From an uncultured euryarchaeote (GTDB lineage: Archaea > Thermoplasmatota > Poseidoniia > Poseidoniales > Poseidoniaceae): a stretch of 64,000 nt of DNA. How positions within the stretch are numbered: the first letter of the stretch is position 1; the number at the start of each line of letters is the position of its first letter. The notes beneath the pieces were generated by a model. That model was not told the origin of the DNA. It searched no databases and worked only from the letters and a program-made list of their open reading frames with translations. The position numbers and the translations under genes were made by a program. Below, piece by piece: positions 20,526 to 31,300 of this stretch. The stretch lies in contig CALBIL010000039.1 in NCBI GenBank assembly GCA_937892945.1, positions 5,272 through 69,271 of the forward strand, written 5' to 3'.

Positions 20526-20995
20526 TGCATCACCAATTCAGATCTGCAGAAGGTCCAGTTGAAGTGACCTTAGCCAAGCAAGGAGAGATTTGGCACCTTG
20601 GCGAGCATCAGGCATCGGTGGGACGTGATGGTCGATTGATGCTTCAACTTGCAAACGGCACTTCGGGCTATGCGACAATCGCTAAAGTTGCCGATGTCTG
20701 GTGGGTTCACTTTGAGGGTCATACGTTCTGCTTGGAGCGAATCGAACCCGGTGCATCCGAATCGGAAGATGGAGGCGGCTTAACTGCTCCAATGCCAGGA
20801 AAGGTCCTCGATGTTTTCGTTGAGGTTGGCCAATTGGTCGAATCAGGTCAAACCTTGATGGTTCTTGAAGCAATGAAAATGGAACATCGGATTCTTGCCT
20901 CAACAGCCGGTCAAATTACTGGGGTACATTTCGCAGCAGGTGAACAAGTCCAACAAGGTTCAGTTTTACTCGAAATGGCTGAAGCAGAAGATTAA
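20525..20995 (+). CDS. Biotin carboxyl carrier protein with N-terminal BT-like domain
   Basis: APMPG, EAMKME; TGATG stop/start overlap with SD GGAGGT upstream. Confidence 0.92.
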   Translation: MHHQFRSAEGPVEVTLAKQGEIWHLGEHQASVGRDGRLMLQLANGTSGYATIAKVADVWWVHFEGHTFCLERIEPGASESEDGGGLTAPMPGKVLDVFVEVGQLVESGQTLMVLEAMKMEHRILASTAGQITGVHFAAGEQVQQGSVLLEMAEAED

Positions 20996-21873
20996 CGCTT
21001 CAGCCAATCTCCTGATTCTATTGTTGCATATTCCTTCTCATTTTCTTTATTGTAGACATATGTCCATGCCCATTCACGGCCCTGTTCAGTATCAATTCTG
21101 ACAATTGTACGGGTGAATAAAGAGTGTGTTGAATCATAGCCATAGAATCCCTCAATGGAATCTAAAGTTTGCAAGGTGAGATAAACTTGGTCAATCTGAT
21201 AAACTTCACCTTGAATGACGCCTTCATCTCCAGCAATCATGCCTGGGTAATCGCCCAGATTAAGCATTGAACCTGTGGTTGATGCTGGCTTGCCTTCACC
21301 TATGCTAAATTCCTTGAAGGTCGAATTGCGTTGTTCACCCTGCATGAGTGTCCCATACACAAAGATTTTTTCTATCGGGTAACTCGGCGAAAAGTTCTCA
21401 ATAGCATTTTTTAACTCTTCAATTGGAAGTTTTCGTTTTTCTAAACCTTTTCGAATTAAGTTGGTATAGGTGTCAGTTGGCTGGATAAAGCGTTCATCCC
21501 GGCTCTTATCAGTTACACAATAGGTCATTGCTTCGACAAAAGTCCCATTCGGAAGGATGACCTTCACTTCTCGACGTTCATACGCTTCAACTTCTGTCCC
21601 TTCCTTTTGATCCATGACTTCCAACGTAACATCATTCATTCGAAAGAGAACACCTGGAACAGCATGTCCCCGACCGGTTTCGGTGACATCAGCAGCCCCA
21701 CCTTTCCGACTGTCCGAGAAATAGTGGAACTTGAGTGAATAGTTCGGTAACCAGCACGGGCTTATTTCGACCAACCCATCATAGCGGAGATTTTTCTTTT
21801 CACACCATGACTTCCAGTCATCCCAGTCAAGGTTTGAGCCGTATCCGAAATACAGCGTACCGTCGCCTTCCAT
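20992..21873 (-). CDS. Tandem gamma-glutamylcyclotransferase-fold protein (GGCT + AIG2/YtfP domains)
   Basis: YFGYGSNL..MDQKEG and IFVYGTLM..GEVY..LDSIEG..AWTYVY; start placed at ATG 21873. Confidence 0.87.
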   Translation of the reverse strand: MEGDGTLYFGYGSNLDWDDWKSWCEKKNLRYDGLVEISPCWLPNYSLKFHYFSDSRKGGAADVTETGRGHAVPGVLFRMNDVTLEVMDQKEGTEVEAYERREVKVILPNGTFVEAMTYCVTDKSRDERFIQPTDTYTNLIRKGLEKRKLPIEELKNAIENFSPSYPIEKIFVYGTLMQGEQRNSTFKEFSIGEGKPASTTGSMLNLGDYPGMIAGDEGVIQGEVYQIDQVYLTLQTLDSIEGFYGYDSTHSLFTRTIVRIDTEQGREWAWTYVYNKENEKEYATIESGDWLKR

Positions 21874-21913
21874 GCAATTACAGCAACGCAAGGCTATATC
21901 AAACCTTACTGAA

Positions 21914-23206
21914 TTAGCCCCAAGTACATGGTTCAAGAATATCTTGACCACCCATCAAAGGTTGTAACACTTGAGGGATTCGGACTCGTCCATCTTCCAT
22001 TTGATTTTGTTCCATGATGGCAACCAATGCACGAGAGGTGGCAACTGCGGTAGAATTGAGTGTGTGTGCAATCGGTTGGCCTGAGTGGCCCGGTTGTCCG
22101 TATCGAATTTGCAATCGGTTTGCTTGGTAATCAGTACAGTTTGAACACGAAACGATTTCTTTGTATTGGTTTGCTCCAGGAATCCAAGCTTCAAGGTCGT
22201 ATTTTCGAGCAGCCACAGTTCCCATGTCTCCTGTACAAATATTGACGACTTCGTAATGCATTTCCAGTGCATCCCACAAATCAAGGCAGTTCTGTAGAAG
22301 TTCTTCTTGGAGTTCCCATGATTGTTCAGGAGTTGCAATAATGATTTGTTCAATCTTTGTGAATTGATGAACTCGCCAAATACCCAAATCCGATTGACCA
22401 TGTGATCCAACTTCTCTTCGAAAGCACGGCGAGAGTCCTACAATACGTAATGGCAAATCGCTTTCAGGTATTGTTTCATTCATGAACATAGCCGTGAGTG
22501 GGTGTTCTGCAGTTGCAATCATGTAGTAATTATCAGGTTCAACCCCGTACATGACCGTTTCAAAGTCAGACAGGTCTGTTACGCCTTCATAGGCTTCTCG
22601 ATTCATCATGACCGGTGGTTGAACAAAGGTATAGCCACGCTCTCGAATAAAATTAACCGCAAATTGCTGTAAAGCGAAATCAAGCCTTGCTAAGTCGCCC
22701 TTGAGGAAGAAGAATCGACTCCCCACAATCTTTGCAGCGCGTTTGAGGTCAACCCATTTATTCATCTCAATGAGTTCATTATGGGTTCGTGGTTCAAATT
22801 CAAACTGTGGTTTTTCACCATGCACACTGAGTTGAGTGTTTTCTGACTCATCAGCCCCAATCGGGACATCTGGGTGAAGGATATTCGGGATACTCATCCG
22901 TAGACGGTCGCGTTCTGCCATCGCCTGTTCGGTCATTTTTTCCATCTCGGTAATTTGTGAACCTAAATCAGCAACCTCGGCCAGAATACGCTGAGCAGCT
23001 TGTTCATCACCTGATTTCTTGGCAGCCCCAATGCCTCGAGCCGCAGTGTTTTTTGTTGCACGAAGTTGGTTTGTTTCATGTTGAAGATTAATCCACTGCT
23101 GATCTAAAACAATGACTTGGTCGATTTTGTCGTGAGGTATACCCCGTTTGTCGTGGTCCTTACGAATCACATCAGGCTCATTTCGAAACAGATTCATATC
23201 GAGCAT
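21914..23206 (-). CDS. serS: Seryl-tRNA synthetase
   Basis: IPNILHPDVP, ATAEHP, CFRREVG, RVHQFTKIE, EIVSCSNCTDYQ, HTLNST. Confidence 0.97.
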   Translation of the reverse strand: MLDMNLFRNEPDVIRKDHDKRGIPHDKIDQVIVLDQQWINLQHETNQLRATKNTAARGIGAAKKSGDEQAAQRILAEVADLGSQITEMEKMTEQAMAERDRLRMSIPNILHPDVPIGADESENTQLSVHGEKPQFEFEPRTHNELIEMNKWVDLKRAAKIVGSRFFFLKGDLARLDFALQQFAVNFIRERGYTFVQPPVMMNREAYEGVTDLSDFETVMYGVEPDNYYMIATAEHPLTAMFMNETIPESDLPLRIVGLSPCFRREVGSHGQSDLGIWRVHQFTKIEQIIIATPEQSWELQEELLQNCLDLWDALEMHYEVVNICTGDMGTVAARKYDLEAWIPGANQYKEIVSCSNCTDYQANRLQIRYGQPGHSGQPIAHTLNSTAVATSRALVAIMEQNQMEDGRVRIPQVLQPLMGGQDILEPCTWG

Positions 23207-23216
23207 AGTATTCACC

Positions 23217-25421
23217 TCACAATGTTATCCCAAAGTCGAAGATTGCAGTTCCTACAATCAGTAAACCACCGATGATATAGCCCAAGATAGCGCCTCCATT
23301 CAACAACGGAAGGCCTGCTTGTGCACGGCCACGGGCGACATAGGTCATCAACGCAAAGTATCCGACTAAGCCGCCAAGAAGGGTTGTCATGGCCACGAGG
23401 AAACCATCAGTTCCTTCGATGTATTGAGCAGCAGAAAGTACGAGCATTCCAGGGAAAATAACATCGCCAAGTCCCATGAACATTGCATCTTTGCCTTTCT
23501 TTTTAGGTGCTGAAGGCCCCTTTGGGCGTTCAGTTGGTGGAACATTCTTTTCTTTCATGGATACTGTTTCATCGATAAACGAATAGCCCTTTTCTTGTGG
23601 GGCGACGAGAAGTATCGGGAGTCGAAGTCCAATCATTGTATCAGCTAAGGCGAGCATATGCTTTGAGCTGTACACAGCCCACGCATCATAGATGGCTGCA
23701 GCAATCATGAAAATCATAATCAATGTTGGAACAAACGTAACTCCAAGCATGACAATGACACCAGAACCGACAAGTACACCAACGGTGTTGACCACATACC
23801 ATTCACTGTGAACATAGAGTAAAATCATCAAAATTATAGCGACCAAGAGGCCAGCAAGTAGCGGCCCATCTTCCAATTGTAAACCTTCGAGAGCCATCAT
23901 GTCCTCCGTTACTTCACCGGATTTTATTGTGATTGAACCGTTGTCATACACCGCATGGAATTGTGAGGTGTTCTCAGTTTGACCAAACCAACTTGTCGCC
24001 AAGTCATCCGAAACTGGGAAACTAATTTTGTTTTTCAATAATTGAGTGTAGTGCCAACTGGCACTTTCATCTGTAGTAATAAGCAAGTCACTCCAACCAC
24101 TTTCATCAAGGTCAGTGATACGAACGGATTGGATTGAATCTGCATAACCAAGAAGATTCATCTTCGTTTGAGGCGTGAATTCACTTTCATTTACACTTCC
24201 ATCCCATTCAAAACCAACGATGTCTCCATTCTCTTCTCCGAGTAATAAAAGTCCCTCGCGTTCATCTGATTCGTTGATCATATTGTCAGACCACGGCGAA
24301 TGACCAAAATCTGCACTGGTGAAATTACTTGTAGCATTTGTTTCAAACAAGAGTTTAGCATTGGCTTTTGAATCAATTGTGAGAGAGTTCAATTGTTCTC
24401 CAGTTTCTTCTAATAGAACGACTATGGCCATGTTGGATGTGGCGATGAGTACCTTATCATCATCAATTAATTCAGCATATTGGACTCCAGTATGTGTTTT
24501 TAATCCCGAAGGAAGATTCCACCCTGCTTGGTAGAAAAGTTCACCAGGATTCTCATCGAAGACATTGAATCGAACCAAAAGATTGTTTTCGTCGATGACA
24601 TACATTGCATCATCTGCATAAAAAGCAAGTGAACATGAACCCGACAAGGTGCCGAGGAAATCGAAACTCTGATTTCCATTTCCGTCATCTACGTAACGAT
24701 GGCACGCATAGGAGTCTTGTAATTCCCCAGTTTCAGCATCAACATACCAAACATAACCTTGATTTGTGAATGAGAAATATTCATCGGAAACGACAACGCG
24801 TACTTCTCCTGTATCATCGTATGGAATACGTTCATGCATCATGCTCCAAGCAGGTGTATCATTCAACATATCTCCACCATGGTATACATTGATCGAATCG
24901 TTCCACATTCCAGGACTTCCGAGTAGGGAATTGGTGAGATGAGTTTCCAAGCCATGATGCGAAAGGTAGGACATGTCTATTTCGCTTTCACTTTCGTATT
25001 CAAACGGTTCAACTTCCAAATCCAAAACCAGCATGTGAGCCAACGGCACGGTAGAATACATCAAGGCAATCGAAAGAACACCCATGATTCCGTATTTAAT
25101 GATCCACTCCTTCTTGTATTTGGCAAGCAGTAAAATAAATGCAGTAAAGACAAAAATCATGACCAATTCAAGCGCAATATAGCGTACTTGTGATGCTCCT
25201 GCTTCACCAAATGCTTGCAAACCTGCAACATCATACCAAGGTCGAATAAAGAGAGAAAGTGCAATGGTCAAAATAAACATGAATGCCATGCCCATCATTG
25301 AAGGAAGTTGTTCTCGCATCATCGAGAAAATATTATCTTCAGATTCTAATTCTGCTTGAACTGCTGCAAATTCCGCCGAAACCTTTCGCTCCGGCGTCGA
25401 TGGTTCAGGCTGTTCGCTCAT
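23217..25421 (-). CDS. Presenilin-like GxGD intramembrane aspartyl protease (PSH) with large inserted domain
   Basis: EWYVVN, YDAWAVY..KHM, MGLGDVIFP, QAGLPLLNGG. Confidence 0.92.
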   Translation of the reverse strand: MSEQPEPSTPERKVSAEFAAVQAELESEDNIFSMMREQLPSMMGMAFMFILTIALSLFIRPWYDVAGLQAFGEAGASQVRYIALELVMIFVFTAFILLLAKYKKEWIIKYGIMGVLSIALMYSTVPLAHMLVLDLEVEPFEYESESEIDMSYLSHHGLETHLTNSLLGSPGMWNDSINVYHGGDMLNDTPAWSMMHERIPYDDTGEVRVVVSDEYFSFTNQGYVWYVDAETGELQDSYACHRYVDDGNGNQSFDFLGTLSGSCSLAFYADDAMYVIDENNLLVRFNVFDENPGELFYQAGWNLPSGLKTHTGVQYAELIDDDKVLIATSNMAIVVLLEETGEQLNSLTIDSKANAKLLFETNATSNFTSADFGHSPWSDNMINESDEREGLLLLGEENGDIVGFEWDGSVNESEFTPQTKMNLLGYADSIQSVRITDLDESGWSDLLITTDESASWHYTQLLKNKISFPVSDDLATSWFGQTENTSQFHAVYDNGSITIKSGEVTEDMMALEGLQLEDGPLLAGLLVAIILMILLYVHSEWYVVNTVGVLVGSGVIVMLGVTFVPTLIMIFMIAAAIYDAWAVYSSKHMLALADTMIGLRLPILLVAPQEKGYSFIDETVSMKEKNVPPTERPKGPSAPKKKGKDAMFMGLGDVIFPGMLVLSAAQYIEGTDGFLVAMTTLLGGLVGYFALMTYVARGRAQAGLPLLNGGAILGYIIGGLLIVGTAIFDFGITL

Positions 25422-25437
25422 ACCCTGTGCGAGTTCG

Positions 25438-25486
25438 GACCCTCATATGAGGGTCGCGTATCTTACGCCCCCTACGGGGGCGATAC
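25438..25486. promoter_or_regulatory. Perfect 18-bp palindrome plus GC hairpin in the divergent psh/folC intergenic region
   Basis: GACCCTCATATGAGGGTC (25438-25455); CGCCCCC-TAC-GGGGGCG (25466-25482). Confidence 0.55.
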
Positions 25487-25544
25487 AATACCGTTCAGAT
25501 AACAGTGAAGAAAAGGCCTAATCATACCAACACTTCGGAAGCAT

Positions 25545-26840
25545 ATGGTTGAAGCACGCTCTTGGCTTGAATCGACGAAAAAACGAGGCATGGCACTCGG
25601 CCTCAAGGGCACCAAAACCGTTCTTGACCGGCTTCAACTCACGAACCCTTCTCACATTATCCACGTGGCAGGAAGCAACGGTAAGGGGACAGTATGTGCT
25701 TTGATAGCAGCAGCCCTCTCCTTAAACGATATCGAAAATGTTCTCTTCACTTCACCGCATGTCGCTCGAATCGAAGAACGTATTCGCAGAAACGGTATTC
25801 CAATTTCTTCACAAGAGTTCGACGCAGCATTGGAAAAAATCTACCATGCAGCAGTTGGAGATTCGTTCAATCCAGCCATTGAACTGACCTTTTTTGAGGT
25901 GACGTATCTCGTTTCAATGATTGCTTCAGTTGGCAGCGACGTCTTGATTCTGGAAACAGGTTTGGGTGGACGACTCGATGCGACACGATGCGGTCCAGCA
26001 ACCGCTTCATTGGTCACTTCTGTCAGTCGAGAACACGTTGATATTTTAGGTTCCAATCTTCCATCGATCGCTCAAGAGAAAGTTGCGATTGCTCGTCCTA
26101 ACTGTCCAATCGTTATCCGAGACCCGGAAGAGGATAATGTTCGTCGAGCAATGCTTCGTGAGATTCAAAATGCTGGTAATGCGACACTTGACGAAACACC
26201 AGCTCCTGCCCAAGCCCTTTTTGTGCCTATCCCAAAAGATTCTACTGTGAAAGAGGAGGCTGAGATTTTAGCTTCAGCATTGTTTGAATGTATTGGTTTT
26301 AGTACTGAAACAATCGACCAGGCAAAACAGATTCTTCAATGGCCAGCCAGAATGCAATTGTTAACAAAACAGGAAACATCGACCCATCCCTATTTGCTCG
26401 ATGCAGCCCACAATTCATCTGGCATGCTTCGAATTCTCCCTGAATTAGAGCGATATATCTTTCAACATGCGCCTCAAAAAAATGGTCAGCCAGTTTGGAC
26501 GCTGCTGTTTGGGACTTCACCTCAACAGAACCTCACCGAATTCCTTTCTCCTTTACATGATTTATGTGAACGTATTCCGCCACAACAGATTCTCCTGACT
26601 CGACCCCATGGAGGTCGCTACCCTGGCGTATCCCTCCCAATTCTCCTTGAACAAAAATGGTCCATTGCTACGCCTTTGAGTGCTGCTTCAGCAAAACAAG
26701 CGGTGGAAACTCTCTCCTCTTCTGCGGAGGATGAAGTCGGCTTAGTAGTAAGTTTAGGTTCACTGTATTTACAAGGAAATATACTCAATGCTTTTGATTG
26801 GGCTACTGATGAAAACCTTTCTTTGTTTGCGAAGCAATGA
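25545..26840 (+). CDS. folC: Folylpolyglutamate synthase/dihydrofolate synthase
   Basis: HVAGSNGKGT, FTSPH, TFFE, ETGLGGRLDAT, WPAR, LDAAHN, GSLYL. Confidence 0.9.
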   Translation: MVEARSWLESTKKRGMALGLKGTKTVLDRLQLTNPSHIIHVAGSNGKGTVCALIAAALSLNDIENVLFTSPHVARIEERIRRNGIPISSQEFDAALEKIYHAAVGDSFNPAIELTFFEVTYLVSMIASVGSDVLILETGLGGRLDATRCGPATASLVTSVSREHVDILGSNLPSIAQEKVAIARPNCPIVIRDPEEDNVRRAMLREIQNAGNATLDETPAPAQALFVPIPKDSTVKEEAEILASALFECIGFSTETIDQAKQILQWPARMQLLTKQETSTHPYLLDAAHNSSGMLRILPELERYIFQHAPQKNGQPVWTLLFGTSPQQNLTEFLSPLHDLCERIPPQQILLTRPHGGRYPGVSLPILLEQKWSIATPLSAASAKQAVETLSSSAEDEVGLVVSLGSLYLQGNILNAFDWATDENLSLFAKQ

Positions 26841-26875
26841 TAGAGAGTTCGCGTGTGAGAGGATTGTTGAGGACC

Positions 26876-27313
26876 ATGAGTGATAAATGGGATATTCGTT
26901 TTTTAGAATTAGCAAAGCATATTTCAGGTTGGAGTAAAGACCCTTCAACCAAAGTAGGCTGCGTTGTTGTTGGTGAAGACCGAGAGATACGATCAACTGG
27001 ATTCAATGGATTCCCACGTGGTATAAGTGACGATAATGAACGTCTAACAGACCGTTCACAAAAGTATCCTTTGATTTGTCATGCAGAAGAAAACGCGATT
27101 ATGCATGCTGCACGAATCGGAATCTCTCTAAAGGGGAGTACTGCGTTTGTAACCTGGCCCCCCTGCTCTCGATGTGCTCGTTCATTGATCCAAGCAGGTA
27201 TCAAAGAAATCGTGTATCCTGAAACCAATGAGATTCCGGAGCGATGGCTTGAAGACTTTACCATTTCGAATGGAATGCTTCTTGAAGCAGGCATTGTGGT
27301 CCGTACGGTTTGA
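26876..27313 (+). CDS. dCMP deaminase family protein
   Basis: SKDPSTKVG, GFNGFPRG, HAEENA, PCSRC. Confidence 0.92.
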   Translation: MSDKWDIRFLELAKHISGWSKDPSTKVGCVVVGEDREIRSTGFNGFPRGISDDNERLTDRSQKYPLICHAEENAIMHAARIGISLKGSTAFVTWPPCSRCARSLIQAGIKEIVYPETNEIPERWLEDFTISNGMLLEAGIVVRTV

Positions 27314-27361
27314 TTTCCATTTTACCGACGCATTCATGCTCTGCGTGAGATTAGCAAATTC

Positions 27362-28315
27362 ATGCGAGGGAGTCTATACGCACTACTCGCAACCTTCATC
27401 ATGCTCAGTTCAGGTTGTGTTGCGCCGTCTGTTGACACGCTCTCAATGAATCAATCACAAGAACCAGAACCGCCAACTGAACCTTGTAATGGTTTGTTGA
27501 TTCTTTGTTTGCGAACCTATGACGATGTGACATTTCCCGAAACACATAATGCCTTTTCCACCCATGACGACGGGATTTTTTATCCAGCTGCGAATCACCT
27601 AACTGGGTTTGATGCTCAATGGAATGCTGGAATGCGGGCTTTTATGATCGATACCCATTATGAAAACCTCGGTGATGAGCGGGTTGAAACTGTTCGTTTA
27701 TGCCACGGTGATGACGACCGAGGGTTTAGTCCATGCACATACGGTAATGTAGATTCAGTTGACTGGTTAACGAACCTTCACGAGAAAATGGAGGAAAATC
27801 CACGTGATGTAGTCACACTGTTGGTTGAAAATTATGTTCAAGCAGACCATCTCAAGTCCGTGTTTGAACTTTCACAATTATATGATAACATCTTCGTTCA
27901 TGAATCAAATACTCCTTGGCCAACATTACAAGGGCTCATCGACCTCGATACCACATTGGTAGTGTTTTGGGAACAAGGTGGAGACGCTTCGCATCCCTGG
28001 ATTCATGATTTCCTCACGCACAGTTGGACGACAAATTTTGCTGAAGAGAATACTGAAGACATGAATTGTGACCTTTTACGAGGTGATATCGAACAAGAAG
28101 TCTACCATATGAATAACTGGTTAAGAGGTCCAATCGGGTTGTCTGACCCTTCTCGTGGCGATGAGGCAAACGATGTCGATTTTCTCATTCAAAGAGCCCA
28201 AGAGTGTTGGCAACAACATGGGAAACGACCGACCTTTATCGCAGTTGACTGGTGGGAAGACGGAGATGTAGTTGCTGCTGCAAAGGCGATCAATGAATTT
28301 GAGAGTTGGGACTGA
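27362..28315 (+). CDS. Lipoprotein PI-PLC-like phosphodiesterase (PLC X-domain family)
   Basis: LSSGC lipobox; CNGL..LC..YDDV..THNAF, LCH, NPRDVVTLLVE, PTFIAVD. Confidence 0.8.
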   Translation: MRGSLYALLATFIMLSSGCVAPSVDTLSMNQSQEPEPPTEPCNGLLILCLRTYDDVTFPETHNAFSTHDDGIFYPAANHLTGFDAQWNAGMRAFMIDTHYENLGDERVETVRLCHGDDDRGFSPCTYGNVDSVDWLTNLHEKMEENPRDVVTLLVENYVQADHLKSVFELSQLYDNIFVHESNTPWPTLQGLIDLDTTLVVFWEQGGDASHPWIHDFLTHSWTTNFAEENTEDMNCDLLRGDIEQEVYHMNNWLRGPIGLSDPSRGDEANDVDFLIQRAQECWQQHGKRPTFIAVDWWEDGDVVAAAKAINEFESWD

Positions 28316-31300
28316 TTAACTCCAGAAGCGCCGAGTTCGAGCATATTCCATTTCAGCATTGTGTATCATTTCGAGTAAGCCATCAATGTTGTTACGCTGT
28401 ACTTTTCGCAAGACTCTCTGAGCAGTCGCTTCTCCGATACCTCGACCCATTAGGCAGAGAATTGCTTCATATCCACGGGACTGAACGACCGATGCGTTTT
28501 TCATCATTCTCGCCTGGTCTTTTTCATCATCAGATTCAACCCATCCGACTAACATCGATTGCATCCGTTCTGGCGAACAGGCAAGCATCGAACCTTTGCA
28601 TTTTATGCAACTTTTAATGTCAGACATTTCAGGATAACGGGCGACTCTAAATCTCCGAGTGACCTTACATTTCAAACAACAAAGGACTGCCCGTTCATTG
28701 GTTAAACGGCTTCGTAATTGCGTTCGAACTTGTGCACTATCCCAATTTGGTAAAAGCATATCACGACTTGAATGGTTGGATAATCCAATTGGACCTGAAG
28801 CAGTAATTTTCAATTCAATGGTTCCATTTTGAACAGCACGAAGTAAGTCTCGTACACCTAAGACATCCATCCGTTCATGGAATAATTTCGACAGTACCTC
28901 TTCCATGACAACAGTCCCACGGTATTTTCGCAGGAGTGCTTGAAGATTGATTTTCCGAGGGTCTACGCCATGGCGTAAGATTCCAAATGTTTTCGCCACT
29001 TGGGCAAACCTCCAACGCACTTGCCGTGAATTTGGTAACGTGACACTGAGCAATCCCTCAATTGCATCAGGCGGCGTCTCCATCATCCACCCGATTAATT
29101 CTTCAGGCGTTACAGCACCTGTTTGTAGAGCAATTCGAGTTGGTTCAACAACCAGTCGACCCCATTTGCCAGATTTCGTCGTTGCCATCGCCATAAGGAA
29201 ATGGCCTAATGCTTCATTGATTCGAGAACCATGGCAGGAGTTGATGACAATGGCATCTTCTCGTTGCTCAAGGGTCATCAAACGGTCTGTAGGTACATGC
29301 CCAGTTGCTTCAACATGGGCCGTAATTTCTTCAGCCATGAGACCCAACGCCTCATCGTCAAAGGGATGCTCAGGTAAAACAGAATCTCGATCTGCGAAGA
29401 TACCTTCTGTATCGATGGCTTGAAGATTGAGTACAGCATTTGGTTCATTTTCAAACAAGTGAAGGTCATCGGCAATTAATTGTCGTAACCGCCCTATATC
29501 TCTTCCAATGGCTTTTGGGACCGGAGGTAATTCACCCACCCAGCGAGGTGCTTCTGCTTTGTCAGATACCGGTGCGACGAGTAACTCCGATTGTTCAGGG
29601 TCAGCATCAATGATGAGCCATGTTCGTCCAGCCATGACAAATTGACGCCGACTTCCATCGTCATCTTCTCCGCTGTCGTTAAGGGACAATACAAAAGCTT
29701 CATCAACGCTTCCTAAATGACGCCGAGTGACAGCATCTCGAACTCGATATGATTGTTTATCAGGTATCATAGAAAGATGATTACCAACCCATTGACGGGT
29801 TCTCCCAGCTGTTGAAAACCAACCGAGTTTGAATGGAAGAGGTACAGATACAGTACGTTTTTTGAACAGTTCTGGAACTTCTTCATCGGGAATCGAAAAC
29901 AACGGTCGTTCATCCGGAAGAGGTTTCCCTTCATTCAACGCCTCTTCTTGAGCAACAGTGTAGACTGCCTTTGGCCATCTGTACCATGGTACTTCATCTG
30001 GGTCCGGGGTGAACCGGAGGATCCAACTGTCTGCCAATACGCGTAAGATGGATTCAGTATCGCTTCGTGTCCACCCTTCAAACTGAGCAACTTTTGAGAG
30101 AATGTCTGTTGCCTCATCAATGGCGACTGCATTGAATGAATGCGCCATCAACACCAATTGATTTGCAGCCACAGATAACGGACGTTGTCTCCATTCAATC
30201 GATTCGATTTGGCCAAGCATGGCGCGTCGACCTACGACGGCGCTTTCCGCGATATCATCGGTATCCCATGACAGTAAATGCCCTTTCCCAACACCACCTA
30301 AGCGATGGTCTGCACGTCCAACTCGTTGGAGCATACGGTCAACTGAGCGTGGACTTTTCACTTGAATTATTCGTCGGATTTTCCCAACATCGATACCGAG
30401 TTCCAAACTCGAAGTACACACCAAACCAGACAGTTCCCCACTTCGAAGTTTGTCTTCCATTTCTTGACGAGTTTCGGCAGCAAGTGAACCGTGGTGTACG
30501 CCGATCGCCACATCTGGCGCCATCGTTTGTAACCGATTTGCAATTGTTTCAGCATCACTTCGACTGTTTACAAATACCAAACAAGGTGGTTCAGTTCGTA
30601 ACACTTCAATGAGTCTTCGGAAACTGGCATGCGCTCGAGGTTGGATACTCATCTCAAGGCCGCCTATTTCATCCTCTGGCAAGGTTTGAGCACATTCTAC
30701 TGTGAGTTCCGTAGTTCGGTCCCCAGTTGTGAGCAATGCTTTGCCTTTTTTCGGGGAAAGCCATTTTGCAACCTCTTCTGGATTTCCAACAGTCGCCGAA
30801 AGGCCAATTCGTTGAACAGAATGCCCTGAAAGTGCCTCAAGCCGCTCCAAGCCAACAGACAGTTGCCATCCACGTTCACTCGCTGCTAAATCATGAACTT
30901 CATCGATGATCACAGCTTGAACTCGTTTCAAAAGTTCACGTAAATTTTTACCCGTAAACATCAATTGAAACGTTTCTGGTGTAGTGATTAACAAGTCAGG
31001 TGGATTTCGTACTTGTCGTGTACGTTCACTTTGTTTCGTATCCCCATGCCGTAGACCAACTTTCAAACCGACTGCTTCAGCAATTTCTGTGAGTCGGCGG
31101 TCAACGTCTCTGTTTAATGCTCGAAGTGGAGTGATATAGAGGATGGACAACGGTTTCCATTCTTCAACTAAACACCGGTTCAGCATTGGAAGTACAGCAG
31201 AGAGTGTCTTTCCTGAGCCTGTTGGTGCAACAATAATTCGGTCGCCACCTTCACACAACTCGGGCAAGGTTGTGGTTTGAACTGGAGTCGGATTCCATCC

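Noticed and set aside
20510..20530. Possible frameshift splitting the MCC alpha subunit into BC and BCCP
   Set aside because: A TGATG overlap with a properly spaced GGAGGT SD indicates two genuine coupled genes
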